DNA of 64,000 bases, taken from assembly GCA_030295235.1 (NCBI GenBank), contig AP026148.1:744001-808000 (forward strand), given 5' to 3'. Positions 25,820-38,702 of the stretch are shown here, in pieces. Under the pieces are notes generated by a model. The model did no database searches, was not told the origin of the DNA, and saw only the letters and a list, made by a program, of their open reading frames with translations. This DNA is from Fistulifera solaris. Its lineage: Eukaryota. Both the position numbers and the translations under genes were made by a program. Position 1 is the stretch's first letter, and every line of letters starts with the position of its first letter.

Positions 25820-28800
25820 CTAGACGTATTTCACGATGAACTTTTGCACAATGTCTTCGCCCTTCTTCTCCCACTCGGCGCGGTTGTTGGTTGCGTAATT
25901 CAAGTATTCATCGCTCGAAACGCCAAACACGCCACATTCCTTCAACTTCTTCGTCAGGGGAATGATGTAATTGTCAAAGAAGCCTAGTTCGCCCTTGTAC
26001 CAATTCACAGAAGGATCGTTCTCCAACAGACCGGCTTTGTATCCCAAATACATTTCTTCAAAGAGGCGCTCGTTCCACTTTTGATAGACGTGCCAGTGTT
26101 GCATGGTGTGTGATACGTCACTGGCTTGAATCAGATGCTCAATGACGATGGTCGCTTTACGGTGGATTTGGGTGTCGACATCTTCGTTCAAATCCGGATT
26201 GTGAAAAGCATCGGCCCAGCGCTTCTTACGCATGGCTCCAAGATCCTTGTCAAAGATGTCAGTTGCCATAACAGAGTTGACCACGAGCTGGCGTAAGCGA
26301 CGGAGATCGCCTTCGGTCTTGAAGAGGCAGGCTCGCAGGTTACCGAAGGCGGAGTCCATGAGGATATGCCATGCCAGATCGACTGAGTTTTGTTCAGCGA
26401 CACTCTGATTGTTGTACGCTGCAGCCATGGTTGGGTCTTGCTTGAGCAGCACAAAGTTGGGAATACCACGGTGGTCGACGTCGTGGATGAGCGCGGCAAA
26501 CACGAGTGCAAACTGCGTCAACGGATCGGACGTGATACCGTACGTCTTGTCGGCGGCTCCGTCGGTTTCCCGGCCCTTTTCAATGCGAGAAAGCAGCTTG
26601 GTGACCGACATGGTAACATGCGATGCGTGCTCGAAGCAGTGAAAGGGATTGGTATGATACATCTTGGAGAGGACCGTAACAAGACTGCGAACTTCCTCCA
26701 CGACGACAGGATCGAGCTCTACCGTGTTGGTATCTTGCGACACTGTGTGAAGATGCTCATCGGCGGGCATAACGATGATCTCGGCAATTTCTCCAATGAC
26801 GTTGGTGGTGTCTCGTCCGATCGACTGTTCAGCCACGCGGACACGGCGTTCATCAGAGAATGCTGTAGGCAACGAGTTGGCTGCTTGCCGCTTCAGAACA
26901 AGTTTCTTGAGGAGATTGACCAGGATATCACAGTTCCAGTCAATGAGACGGTCGATTTTCTTTTGCTCTAAATCGACTTCCACTTTTGGTTGTTCCCCAC
27001 CGTCTTGCTCGACAATAGAAGCCGACAACTGTTTGTTTTCCTTGGCGGGATTGATCTTGAGCCAGAATGTTTGGATCGCTCCTTTGCCTTTGGCCACGAT
27101 GAGATCTTCGCGGAGTTCCAGCCAGTCTTCTTTTCCGGCTTCCTTGAGCAACTGAGCAGTTTCCGGCGAGACGTGAATCTTCTTTCCCTTTCCGGAAGTT
27201 TCGATGCGTGACGTGGTGTTCATGGTATCCCCAAAGAGCTGTAATCTGGCTCGCTCGCCGCGAAGGACACCGGCCGTCACCGGGCCACTGTGCAAGCCGC
27301 ATCGCAACGAAAGCTCACCCGTGTCCGGCCCCAGCTTGAGCTCGAGGCTTTCGGTGACTTCTTTCATTTTCTTCTGGCACTTTTGCGCAAACATGGCCAT
27401 CAATATCGCATGATCGTCTCGGGGCTCTGGCATTCCTGCCACGGCAACGTAGCAGTCACCAACCGTTTCGACCTTGAAGACGCCCATCTTGCGTGCCACC
27501 TTGTCGAACTCACTGAAGATAGCTTCGAGTAATTGAAAGACTTGAGTTGGTTCTCGGACACTGCTCCAAGCAGTGAACCCAACGATGTCCATGAAGGAAA
27601 CGGTCGTTGCAACGTACAAATCAGCCACGGGCTTGGTACCGAATGCAGTGCTTTGGGTCGGTGCACTGTTTTCTTCCATCAGATTGGAGTAGTCGACTTG
27701 CTTGGTTGTTTTAGTCTTTTGAGTGCCTCAATGTCCCCGCCGTTCTTCAACAGCTGGGCCTGGATACTCTTGGGGAACATTGCCGAGACGATCTTGTTCG
27801 TTTTCTGGACCCGCATCGCCAGCTTTGTCTGTCTCCTCTTGACGTTCATATCCCAGCAAATGAAAGCGAACGCTGTCATGATAAAGATAGCGATGCAACC
27901 CACGCTGAATAGCAACGGTGCATTTGTCAAGTACTCATCCTCGAATTCTTGGGTTGGGTAAAGGCGAAGCGTGTAGACGCATAGCTTGCTTTCGTCGAGT
28001 TGAAGACGGCGAGTTTCAGTCGTGGGCTGCTCGGAAAAGCGCGAATTGACAAAAGGGACGTGCTTGCCGAGATAGTTGAACTTGTGGTCATGATGGTCTC
28101 CTTCTCCAACGTAATGAACCTCTTCGCCCGAAATGTCGAACGTGTACACGTCTCCACACGAGTTTTCGACAACACACGTCATGGGATATGGTGTGTGCAA
28201 TATATCCCCCAGAAATAGTTCCCAGGTAAAGATCGAGACAAAATACCCCACCACATTTGCTTGCAGCTGCAGGGTATCGTTGATGGGCTGAACGACAAAG
28301 CTGTGCGGATGATCGGCGATGACACCTGGGAGAGATGCTGTCCCTAAGTCAGCAGCCAAGGTCGTCGTGATCTCAGAGACAACAGCATCCGTGAAGACTT
28401 CGGAGACTTCTGCCGCGTGACGAAATGCGTCCACAGACCGAAGGTCGAGGTTCATGACTGTCTTGTCGGTCAGAGGAGGCGACACCTGCCAAGTCGGATT
28501 AAAGGGTCCTTCGGATTCGCCGGCGATTACGTTCCCCTCGCCGTCGTGCAACTCGTTTGCAATTCCCGACTCGCTTTGAGAGTACTGCTCCCACTCTTCC
28601 GCGTCGTTGACGTTTGGCGTAAAGATCATGAGTTCCGTGTGGCTTAGCGATCGGAATGCCTCGCCCTGTTCTTGGAAATACGGAATAGTCACTTGGGGCC
28701 ACTTGACTTGATGGTAGGCAGTCAGTGATGTCGTAGAAGTAGTAAATTCGTGCAATTCATTAACGAGATCTTTGAACTTCTGACGAGAGAGACGGTCTAC

Positions 28801-29126
28801 CTCATCGGAGAGAATTTTGAACTGTGAACACTGAGTATGATTGGTTCTTAGAATGAACAGCGTAAGCGACTATAATGTCTTACCTCTCCCTCGAAGTGTT
28901 TCTCTTCTTCATTTCGGAAAGCAAAGTAGCAGACGGTGGACAAAGTAGCAGCGCTGATCAGCAACGTCAAAGCGACACAGTAGCGACTGTAACGCACAAG
29001 CTTATCTTCCGCCGCAAGCTCTTCCGGTGTCTTGTTGCTCGAATAGGTCACTCCGGAAGTGTTGCTGATACTTCCATCTTTCCCACTGCTGTTGTTAGAT
29101 GACGAATGTTGGGAGGAGTCTGTCAT
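25820..29126 (-). CDS. Cyclase-phosphodiesterase fusion, copy 2; intron 28883-28822; frameshift near 27720
   Basis: Near-identical to copy 1 over most of the CDS; same motifs. Confidence 0.93.
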
Positions 29127-29970
29127 ATTGAAACGTATATGGATAACGTATATGGATAACAGTCACTTGGGTAAACTAAAATGGGTTGAGTTTTTTTTTT
29201 TTTTTTGATGTTTGGTTGTGTTGTGAGGCGAAGGAGGTGGAGAAGGGAGAAAGTCTTTCGTCACCTTGTCCCGATCAATCAATCGGCTTCCAGGTCGGCT
29301 GTCACAACTTGTACTTGTTTTGAGTAGAAAAAGCTGTAAAAAGGACACTGTAATGACTCTACGTTTGGTTACTTCCTTTCTGAAAATCAGCGAACAGCGA
29401 ATGCTCTCTTTGTTTGGCTGTTTGGCTCATAGCTAATACACTATACACTCGAGACTCGAGTGTTTGCGTTTTCTCCTATGCCTAATGCTCTCCCATGTGG
29501 AAAGCGTCCTGTCCTGTCCCTTGCACTTGACTACGCCCATTCCTTGACGACGCCTTCCTCGTAGATTCTGGAGGAGTTCGTCAACCTTCTTGTCTTTGTT
29601 TCTTGGCCTCTAGAAAACCCTGGTGCCGGTACTCACCCACTCTACAAAAATGGGGCCTTAGGGTACTGTACAATTTAACCTTAACCTTAACCTTACCATA
29701 ACCATTCCTTTTTTACAATAACGCGGCACAGTCAGCTATCCGGACGCTTTTCGACGAAAATCGTCGAAACTCATTCGTTTGAAGGGTGATTTTTGATTCT
29801 GATTACATTTGACTCAATCGGAGCATCCTAAACATTATCTTCCTTTTTTAAAAGTTGCTGAGCATGTGTAAAGTAATTGGAAGTATGAAATCTACGGAGC
29901 TTAAGAATATTATTGATGCGCAACAGAAACTGGGCTCGCCACTGGCCTAGTTTGCTTCATAACAACCTTT

Positions 29971-32900
29971 CTACGAGTACTTCTTGAGGAACTTTTGCAC
30001 AATTTCTTCTCCCTTTTTCTCCCACTCGGCGCGATTGTTCGTCGCGTAATTCAAGTATTCATCGCTCGAGACACCAAACACACCGCAGTCCTTCAGTTTC
30101 TTTGTCAAGGGAATCACATAGTTGTCGAAGAATCCAATTTCCCCTTTGTACCAATTCACGGAAGGATCGTTTTCCAACAGGCCGGCTTTGTAACTCAAAT
30201 ACATTTCTTCAAAAAGCCTCTCGTTCCACTTTTGATACACGTGCCAGTGTTGCATGGTGTGTGATACGTCACTGGCTTGAATCAGATGCTCAATGACGAT
30301 CGTGGCCTTGCGATGAACCTGTGTAAGGGCGGCTTCGTTGGAGTTGTTATAGAAGGCATCTTCCCATCTCTTCTTGCGCAAAAGTCCCAGATCTTTATCA
30401 AAGATATCGGTCGCCATGACAGAATTGACAATCAGTTGTCGCATGCGTCGCAAATCATCCTCGGTGGAGAAGAGACAGTCGCGAAGGTTCGCGAACTCCT
30501 TGTCCATGAGAATATTCCACGCCAAATCCACCGAGTTTTGTTCGGCGACACTTTTGTTGGCGTAAGCCGCCGCCATTGCCGGGTCCTGTTTGATCAAAAC
30601 AAAGTTGGGTACGCCGCGATGGTCCACATCATGAATCAATGCCGCAAGAACGACGGCGAATTGCGTGAGCGGATCCGAGGTGATACCATACGTTTGATCC
30701 TGCAGCTGGCTTTCGTTACTCTTAACAATGCGCGATAGGAGTTTTGTGACGGACATGGTGACATGCGAAGCATGCTCGAAGCAGTGGAACGGATTGTCAT
30801 GGTACATTTTCGATAAAATTGTTACCAGGTTTCGCAGTTCGTCGCGAACTTGAGGATCGATCTCGACATCTTTGGCGTCTTGCTCAACATGGTCGTTATC
30901 AGCTTCGGGCATGGGAATGATTTCAACAATCTCTTCGATCACATTGCCTCCCTTACCCAAATGTTTTTCCGCTTGTTGGATGCGGTTTCGCATTAAACGT
31001 TGGAGAGATACAGGCAAGTTCTTCTTCGACCGCTTCTGAACTATCTTCTTCAACAGGTTGAGCAAGATGTCGCAGTTCCAGTCAATAAGGCGTTGCGTCT
31101 TCTTTTCGTCTGCTGTCATGGGGACTTCATCTTTCTCAGCCTCACCTCTGGACACAATAGCCGCAACAGCATTGCACTGCTTGACTGAAACCGCATTGCT
31201 GGTATTTGGGTCGATCTTGAGCCAATACGTCTGGATGGCACCTTTTCCTTTGGCTACCACGATATCCTCTCGCAATACCAGCCAGTTTTCCTTTCCGTTG
31301 TTCTTCAAAAGTTCAGCCGTTTCAGGGGAGACGTGAATCAAGTGCGGCTTTCCGGATGTTTCAATTCTCGATGTTGTATTCATGGTATCGCCAAAGAGTT
31401 GTAACCTGGACCGTTCACCGCGCAGCACTCCAGCAGTGACCGGTCCACTATGCAACCCACACCGAAGAGCGAGTTCACCGGTATCCGGTCCTAGCTTCAG
31501 CTCCAATGACTCCGTGACTTCCGCCATCTTCTTCTGACAACGCTGAGCGAACCGGGCCATGACAACGAAGTGATCCTCGCGTGGTTCCGGAAGCCCAGAC
31601 ACAGCGACGTAGCAGTCTCCTACAGTTTCTACCTTGAAGACGCCCATTTGTCGAGCAATATCGTCGAACTGGAAGAAAATGGATTCCAGTAACTGAAAGA
31701 CTTGAGTGGGCTCTCGGACACTGCTCCACGCGGTGAAACCACAGATATCGGCGAAGAAAATCGTTGTGGCAACGTATAAATCAGCAATTGGCTTTCCCTT
31801 GAAGGCAATCACGCATTCTTGGCTTTCATCGGCGTCCATAAGGGTCTTGCCGCCCATCTGTTTTTCTTTCAGCTTTTCTGCTTCTTCCATTTGGCGCCGA
31901 GCTTCTTCAATCATTTCGTCCTCTTTGGTCATTTGATGTTCTATCTTGGTAGGGGCAACTCCAGCAATGAGTTGCTTCGTCTGACTGATGTTAAAACTGA
32001 GTTTAGTTTTTTTACGAACAGCGTAATCCAAGATGAGAAACGACACTGCTGTAAAGAGAAAAATAAGTACGCTTGAAACAGCAAGAAAAGCTGGCTGCAT
32101 AGTAGAATAGCCGCCGACGAAGGATGTCGTTGGGTAGAGGTGTATCATGTATACACAACGGGTGGTTTGTTGCAACACGCGTTCGGTTGATGCTTCCGTA
32201 AGATCTGAGTTGGCAAGTTCAAAAGAGATTTTCATATCACTGTATGCCTGGTCATGAAGGTCACCGAAACCCTTGTATGAAACATCACCAGTACCATGAA
32301 GCTGATAAGTACTGACGGACCCGCACGAATTTTCAAGGACAGCCTCAATGGCACCTTCGTGACCATGAACAATATCGTCGAGAACAGCATCCCAGGCAAC
32401 AATAGCCGAGAAATAGGCAACAGGCATTTTGCTCGTCCCAAGCGACAAATCTTTATATACAGGCTCAACGAGGAGACAGTATGGCGGGTTGTCGGTATCC
32501 GAAGTGGCCTCCGAAAAATCAGACGCCGAGACGGTGTCGGAGAGAACAGCTACTTGTGATTCACTTGCAATTTGAACCGCGTTAGCGAAGGATGGAAGAG
32601 ACATTAAATCCAGACTCATAATTGCATGATCAGTGGCCAAGTACGGCGAAACTTGCCAAACTGGTGCGTAAGGCCCTTCTGAATCAACAGGCTGTCCATT
32701 AGCTGTTTGAAGAGAGTAGAACTCGTCGTTGAGTCCCAACTGAGCGTACAGAGTCCATTCAACAAGGTCCTGGACGACAGGGCTAAATATCAATGCCTTT
32801 GTCTCGGTCAAGGCGCTGAAGCTTGTACCAAGACGGTCGAAATAGGGAACGGTGACTTGGGGCCACGCGGCATTTTGAGAAGCGAGAAGCGAAGTGGTCG

Positions 32901-33304
32901 ATGTACTCAGCTCTCTCATTCCCTCCAACAGAGTTGTCACTTTGGTAACACTAACACGAGCTACTTCATCCGTAGCCCTTTCATACTGAATTGGAAATCA
33001 AAAGAGAATTGTACAAAGTATGTCAGTTCCGCTCATGCTATAATGCCTAATATCTTTGATTTCGGTGCTATCATACCTGAACTCTGAATTCCTCATTTTC
33101 ACTATCCTTCGTGACGTAAAATACCGTTAAGGCTACAGTCAATGCGCTCAAAATCAAAGTAATGCCGACAGCCACCTTCATCCCCTTCAACCAACGCTCA
33201 TGTGCGACCAAAAGTCCATCTTGAGACACGCTTTCATTGATGCTATCGTTGGAACTATCATGCTTGCTTGAAGACGATCCTTCGAATGGAGGCTGATCTT
33301 TCAT
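29971..33304 (-). CDS. Cyclase-phosphodiesterase fusion, copy 3 (more diverged); intron 33076-32986
   Basis: 989-aa ORF plus exon 1 (33304-33077) carrying the first TM; same cyclase and PDE motifs and same intron position. Confidence 0.93.
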
Positions 33305-34909
33305 CTTTCGTGCTTTTTTGTTTCACAAGGGAAAAAGTGATGAAAGAAGAAATGTGTGAGCTGACGATGGTGCGATCTTCGTGGTGTCGATTCATCCATC
33401 GGTGGCAAATGACCTTTTTCCGAAGACGGATCGTTGCTCGAAGAATCCGGTTCCAATTACTTCCTTCCTGGGCCTTTATACTATCGATCTTTATGTTGAT
33501 TTCAAATTTTAGTCGAGCAGTCCTTCCGTTCTTCAGTCTTCTTTGCCCTTCTCTCCTTCTAATCATACGATCGGAAACGGGCCCAGAAACAAAAAGGCTT
33601 CTTTGATTTACAGTATTTATCATTTTTACGTGGAAAAAGAATCCGGAGAAGGAAGAGGAGCATTTTTACAGAACAACGGTAGCGGATAACGGAGACAGGG
33701 TACCAGTACAGGCTACATGCTGAAGTTTGCGACTAAACAAGGAGTTCGGATTTGTTGTCGTATTCAATCAGTTCAATCGTTGTTGACAGGCGATGATTGC
33801 AGGATAGGAGAAAATGAAAATGACCTTTAGCCTACAACCTACAACTTGAAGTTAATGGTGGTTGTGGCAAAGCGGATGCTCGCGGCTCTCGAGAATAAAG
33901 TTCGACGCGTGTTAATTGGGCCAATAAACGTAAACTTTGTCGTTTGAAGCTCGCGCTTAAATAAACTCCTAATTTCTCAGAATGAGATTTTGCCATTCGA
34001 CTGTTTTCTCCATTGTTCGTTTTCATTTTCTCACAAATATTTCAATGTGGTACTATGCTGTCTTTTTTGAAGATTACCGTTGACAGTTACGGAGTATTAC
34101 GTTGCTGAACGATTGAGTGACCTCACGTTTCATTTGCATCCCTTGAGGTTTGTTCGGAAAACCCTTTGCATCGCAGGCAGATATCTTATCTGTCTTGAAA
34201 GCTGCCGGAACTACTACGTCATAGGCGAATCTAAATAACTAGTAGAAGATGCTATCAAACGAAGTTTCGTAAATCAATGGTCTTGTTTTAAGGAAATATG
34301 TATACGGTGGAGTTGGACATACAGAAACTCTGTGTACTTCATAGTACAGAAATTCTGTGAGACGTGTACTGGATCATACAGAATTTCTGTGCCTCCCAGG
34401 CTTTGGTCTGGGTTGTAAGGATTGAATAATGACGACGTGAATGTGGTTCAAGTACCGGTACCGAGGTAATAGTGTAGAACGCTGCGTCTCGGTTTCGTCT
34501 TTTCTTAGGTTAGACTACGGTTTGAGTTCCTTGAGGGCTGAGGATCTCACGATTGCCACGTCATCCGGCATCCTGGTTTGTTTTGGGGTTTTATGTGGAA
34601 AACGTGTGTGACTACTTTGTATGTCACGATTAATCGTCGTTGCTTTCCGCCGTCGACGGCGTCATCCCGTCAGCAGCAGCGAACGAGGTTCGTCGTTTTG
34701 TACACCATGGCGGACCCTCAACAGCCCAAGATTTCCTTTTCGAGTTTCTCTTTCGTTCCCTTATCGGCATCGTAACTTGTTGGAAAAAAAAAAAAGAATC
34801 ATCGATAAGCAGCTGTCGTCGCATTTGAAGGGTCCGAAGGTGTAAGGGAATCTCAATTCGACTATCATTCTCGTATTTTCGGTTGATTTTTTTTGCAATC
34901 TAGAAATAA

Positions 34910-36199
34910 ATGACAGGAATGACTTATCGTTTTCTAGTAGCAACAATCGTATCCGCAGCACTGTTGTTGTCGGTCGCCACAGCCTTTCAACCGCTGCAGC
35001 CGCAGCAAACACCGAAGCGACTCGCTAGTGTAAGCGTTCAAAGCTTAGTTGCGCCTACGGACGAGAAGAAGGCAACAATTGCTGCATCATGGCCAGCAAC
35101 CGGAATCCCCAATCACAAAATATTAACCAAAGCACAAGAGCAAAAACTAGGCAAAGCGATACAAAGAGCACGGAAATTACGGCAATGGCTTGAACAGCAT
35201 CCAACACAAGCAAAGATACCGCTCGACGACGCTTCCATCGTTTATGCGCTTTCTTCCTCGGTGACTTCGCACGAATCATCATCGTATCACAACTATACGC
35301 AAGCTCAGATCGATACTATTCTCGAGAAAGGGCACCAAGCCAAGCAAAAGTTGATGATGTACAACCTCCGACTAGTATCAAAAATTGCCAAGAAATGGGC
35401 GTACATGACACACTATAAAAATGGCGATTACATCTCGAATGCCAACGATGGCTCACTCACGCGTCCTTCCATACAAGAAGCCATTCAAGAAGGCATTGAA
35501 GGACTAGCGAGGGCCGTTGATCGTTACGATCCGACCAAAAATTGGCGATTCTCAACGTACGCTACATACTGGATCACCGACTCGATCCGCAACTGCTATG
35601 CATCGGCATCAAACGGTCATGCGATGCGATTGCCCTCCGCTTATCACGAAACAGTCGCGCGTTACAAGTCTCTGATCAAAGAACAGTACCACCTCTACCA
35701 AGCGGCACCTCCCATGGAAAATTTGGCGGCGCAGATGGATTTGAAGCTTTCTCGTTTGCAGAAAATTCTTCGACTCGCTCAGCCTCCTCTGTCCTTGGAT
35801 GGACCCACTTCTTCGTTTGCGAGTGCTGGAAAGTCGGGCATTGCGGATGCATCAACGACTATGCTCGGAGATATCCTGGTCATGGGCACGTCGGAAGATC
35901 CGGAAGCGCTGTTGGAATGGAGTATGCTGCGAGGTGCGTTAGAGCACGCGTTAGTGACCCAATTGTCACCCCATGAACGCGACGTCGTACGACTTCGTTC
36001 AGGGTTAGATGATGGCGTGACGAGGACGTTTCGACAAGTTTCTGTGGATTGTTACGAAGGAAAATTAAGTCCCGTGCAAATTCAGGTGACGTGGGTCAGG
36101 GCCTTGAAGAAACTTCGTTCTCCGGAAGCGTTATCGAAGTACGGATGGATGTCCTATTTCGAACTGTGCGATGTGGACCCCGAGAGTGTTTCTTTGTAA
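34910..36199 (+). CDS. SIG: Nuclear-encoded plastid RNA polymerase sigma-70 factor
   Basis: Leader ending VATA-FQP; region 1.2 ILTKAQEQKLG; region 2 NLRLVSKIAKK, IQEGIEGLARAVDRYDP..RFSTYATYWI; region 4 LSPHERDVVRLRSGLDDG..RALKKLR. Confidence 0.93.
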   Translation: MTGMTYRFLVATIVSAALLLSVATAFQPLQPQQTPKRLASVSVQSLVAPTDEKKATIAASWPATGIPNHKILTKAQEQKLGKAIQRARKLRQWLEQHPTQAKIPLDDASIVYALSSSVTSHESSSYHNYTQAQIDTILEKGHQAKQKLMMYNLRLVSKIAKKWAYMTHYKNGDYISNANDGSLTRPSIQEAIQEGIEGLARAVDRYDPTKNWRFSTYATYWITDSIRNCYASASNGHAMRLPSAYHETVARYKSLIKEQYHLYQAAPPMENLAAQMDLKLSRLQKILRLAQPPLSLDGPTSSFASAGKSGIADASTTMLGDILVMGTSEDPEALLEWSMLRGALEHALVTQLSPHERDVVRLRSGLDDGVTRTFRQVSVDCYEGKLSPVQIQVTWVRALKKLRSPEALSKYGWMSYFELCDVDPESVSL

Positions 36200-36494
36200 T
36201 GATGTGTTGGAAGAAGTCAAGGAGGTGACAACGCAGACTGCCGCATGGAATCAATACAGCTTCGAAATCGCGACACTCTCTTCGAGTGCCATGAGTATTA
36301 ATGATGTCCATCAAACACAGGTACTGCATCTATTGATTAGAGAACGATACAGACTGACTGGAGATTGTCTAAAGCTTTTGACGGCGGTCGACTGAGAGCA
36401 GAACAACATCAGGTGAGGAAACTTAAAGGACGATTTATCTCAACGAGAGAATTTATCCATTGTTTCGATGTCGTTCAAAGCGTTTTACTGCCTT

Positions 36495-36650
36495 ATTGCG
36501 GGATATTATCTCGAGTTTCCTGTATTCATTGTGCTTCTCCCACGGTGAAAAGATATCATCACACGCCAACGGCGTGTAGTCCATGATATTATTCAAGGGA
36601 TTTAATCCAGGCTAGTCCGGGCAATTATCAAGGAAAGGATTGGGACATTT
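36495..36650 (-). pseudogene. Remnant of an M43 metalloprotease C-terminus
   Basis: Minus strand reads KCPNPFLDNCPD*PGLNPLNNIMDYTPLACDDIF, homologous to CPNPLPDTCPNQPGPDPLNNIMDYAPLGCDDIF of the 43295 gene; has an in-frame stop and no recognisable upstream part. Confidence 0.8.
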
Positions 36651-37634
36651 AACAGTGAGCAGGACGCAGGATGCAAACCGCAAGTCAAGTTGTTTAAATA
36701 ATGTCCAATGCAAAATACTATCAACTCCCAAGCACCAAGGCCTACTGCTTACTTGACATTGACCTCGAGCAATGAGCCATGCGCAACGGGCACTCTAAAT
36801 ATTATTAAACTAGTTTTCGGCAGTAAATGTACTCTGGAGCTTTTTAGCTTCCGGTAGATGACAGGAAGTAGGATGGCGGGACAGCAGATGACTTAGATGA
36901 CCGGTAAAGGTCGCAATCTCGCGTCTTTAGCTAGAGTTAAAAAATCAGGATTGATGACTCATGACCGAAATGCAGTCGTGGTAAAGTTGATACAGCACTT
37001 GAGGCTTATAATAAAAGTGGATGTCATCGATCCGCAAAGATTTTCGACGTTTACAAAGCGAGGCGTGCATTGCAAAAAAATACTGTACGAATTTTAACAT
37101 AACGCAGCAATATCTTTTGTCCTTTGCTTACTAATCTTGGCGAATGCACTATTTAGCAATTTCGCCTGTAAAAACATTAGTCGTGACTCATTTTATATAC
37201 GACTGAATTTCGGTGTGGAATTTATATCCCATCTTTTCAAATAATAATTTTCAAAATACCTTGTTGACGAAAGCGTGAATGACCTTATTAACAGGGTAAT
37301 GCTTTATTGCATTACAAGTAGAGCTATCGAATTGGACATCGGAATGATAAGCTTTGGATAATCAGCACAACCCGTATTTTGACTTACAAACAACCTTACT
37401 GTCACTGTCGTTCACTGGCAACAAGAGTTTTTGAAGGCCGAATGAATGAGACGAAACGGATGGCGCTCGATGCGAGATAAAAGATCGAATGAATGAGGTG
37501 TTCAAAGATTTTTCGAGACCCGCACCATTGGATGTGCTGGTGGCTTCTGAGCCACTCGATCTTGTGCGATCTTTTAACGTTTTTGGATCTTTCGCCACAA
37601 TCTCATCTTCTTATTATTACTTCTCAACAACACC

Positions 37635-38419
37635 ATGAAGATCGGTAATTACGCCATCGCCGTTGCGGCACTTCCCTCCTTGAGTTGGGGAGCTCGTCAT
37701 CCTACCTGCCAGACGTTCTCGGATTTGTACGCCGATGGAACGGAACTTTGCGAGAAGATGTTTTCTGATGCCTTTGTCGTCGTCCCCGACGATCAGCCGG
37801 CCTATCACATGTGGTTCTTTGATACGGATAACAATCCGAACGACCAAGTCACTCGTGATATCTTCGGCACGGAACCTGTCGAAGAATGCAACGTGCAGTA
37901 CTTTCACAAAGAAGTGCCGAGCCCGGAAGGCGACGACATGGGCGAGTGTCATCCGTGGAAGCAGCGTTCTTGTTGCCACAGTGAAACTGTCGGAAGCGTT
38001 GAAGAGATGAAAGCGCTTTACGGAAGTAGCTGGGATCGCTGCGGAACCATGTCAGAAGCCTGCGAGCGTTTCTTTGTCTTTGAACTCTGTTTCTACGAGT
38101 GCGAACCCTCGGTTGGTTTGTTTCGTCGCTTCAATGATAGTCAGACGGATCATCCTGACTTCAACACCTGGCAATTGTATCAGATGCCTATGAAGAAGAG
38201 CTATTGTGATGCGTGGTTCGACGCCTGCAAGAACGACTTCTTTTCCGAGGAGCGATTCTCGACGATCAAGGAGAAGAAGGAAGTGGACAAGCTCGGCGTC
38301 TCGTTGGTGTCATCGGCGCATTCGCTTTCCTTCTTTGTCTCTTCTCCTCGTTCTTGGTTCACCGTGAACGCAGTGGCAAGCCCGTGTTTGTCGCTGAAAA
38401 GGCGAACCCTGTGGCTTAA
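37635..38419 (+). CDS. Folate-receptor-family (FOLR-like) protein, copy 1; frameshift near 38305
   Basis: Signal peptide; ECHPWKQRSCC, WDRCG.MSEACERFF..ELCFYECEPSVG, MPMKKSYCDAWFDACKND. The C-terminal TM and tail are in the +1 frame (GVIGAFAFLLCLFSSFLVHRERSGKP) as in copy 2. Confidence 0.88.
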
Positions 38420-38458
38420 ATCGTTTTGAGATACGTTTTGCAACACGGATAGTATGAA

Positions 38459-38589
38459 ATGATACTCTCACCGCGGGAGCTTTGTGATGTGGGTAATGGC
38501 TGAGAAATTAAAAGAGTCGGAAGATTCTTTGTTGACCGTTCGAACCTGAACATGGTAATGCATGCGAAAGGGAAGGTGAGATGTGTCAT
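38459..38589 (+). ncRNA. TPP riboswitch aptamer in the 3' region of FOLR-like copy 1
   Basis: P1 TCTCACC(38466-72)/GGTGAGA(38575-81); GCGGGAGC...GGCTGAGA; GACCGTTCGAACCTGAACATGGTAATGCATGCGAAAGGGAA matches the TPP core; extra hairpin AAAGAGTC-GGAA-GATTCTTT. Confidence 0.88.
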
Positions 38590-38702
38590 GGAAATATGAT
38601 CACGATAGTGTTGCTATGAGGACGTTTAGTTGGTTATCATAGTAGTGAAAAGTGACTATTGAATTGAATCGTTTCTATTGTCTATTGCGCGTTTACTTGT
38701 CA

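Noticed and set aside
20069..29126. Cyclase copies 1 and 2 as a haplotype or assembly duplication
   Set aside because: Introns, a coding island and both flanks are unrelated, which argues for true paralogs; read-level confirmation is still advisable.
29132..29160. 13-bp tandem duplication AACGTATATGGAT before the cyclase 2 start
   Set aside because: Two copies only; ordinary slippage with no further support for function.
29674..29697. (TTAACC)3 tract as an interstitial telomere
   Set aside because: Unit is TTAAGG on the other strand, not TTAGGG, and only three copies; treated as a trivial microsatellite.
13325..36199. Bacterial contamination suggested by the SMR and sigma-70 genes
   Set aside because: Both carry diatom bipartite targeting leaders, the SMR paralog has a spliceosomal intron, and neighbours are intron-containing eukaryotic genes.
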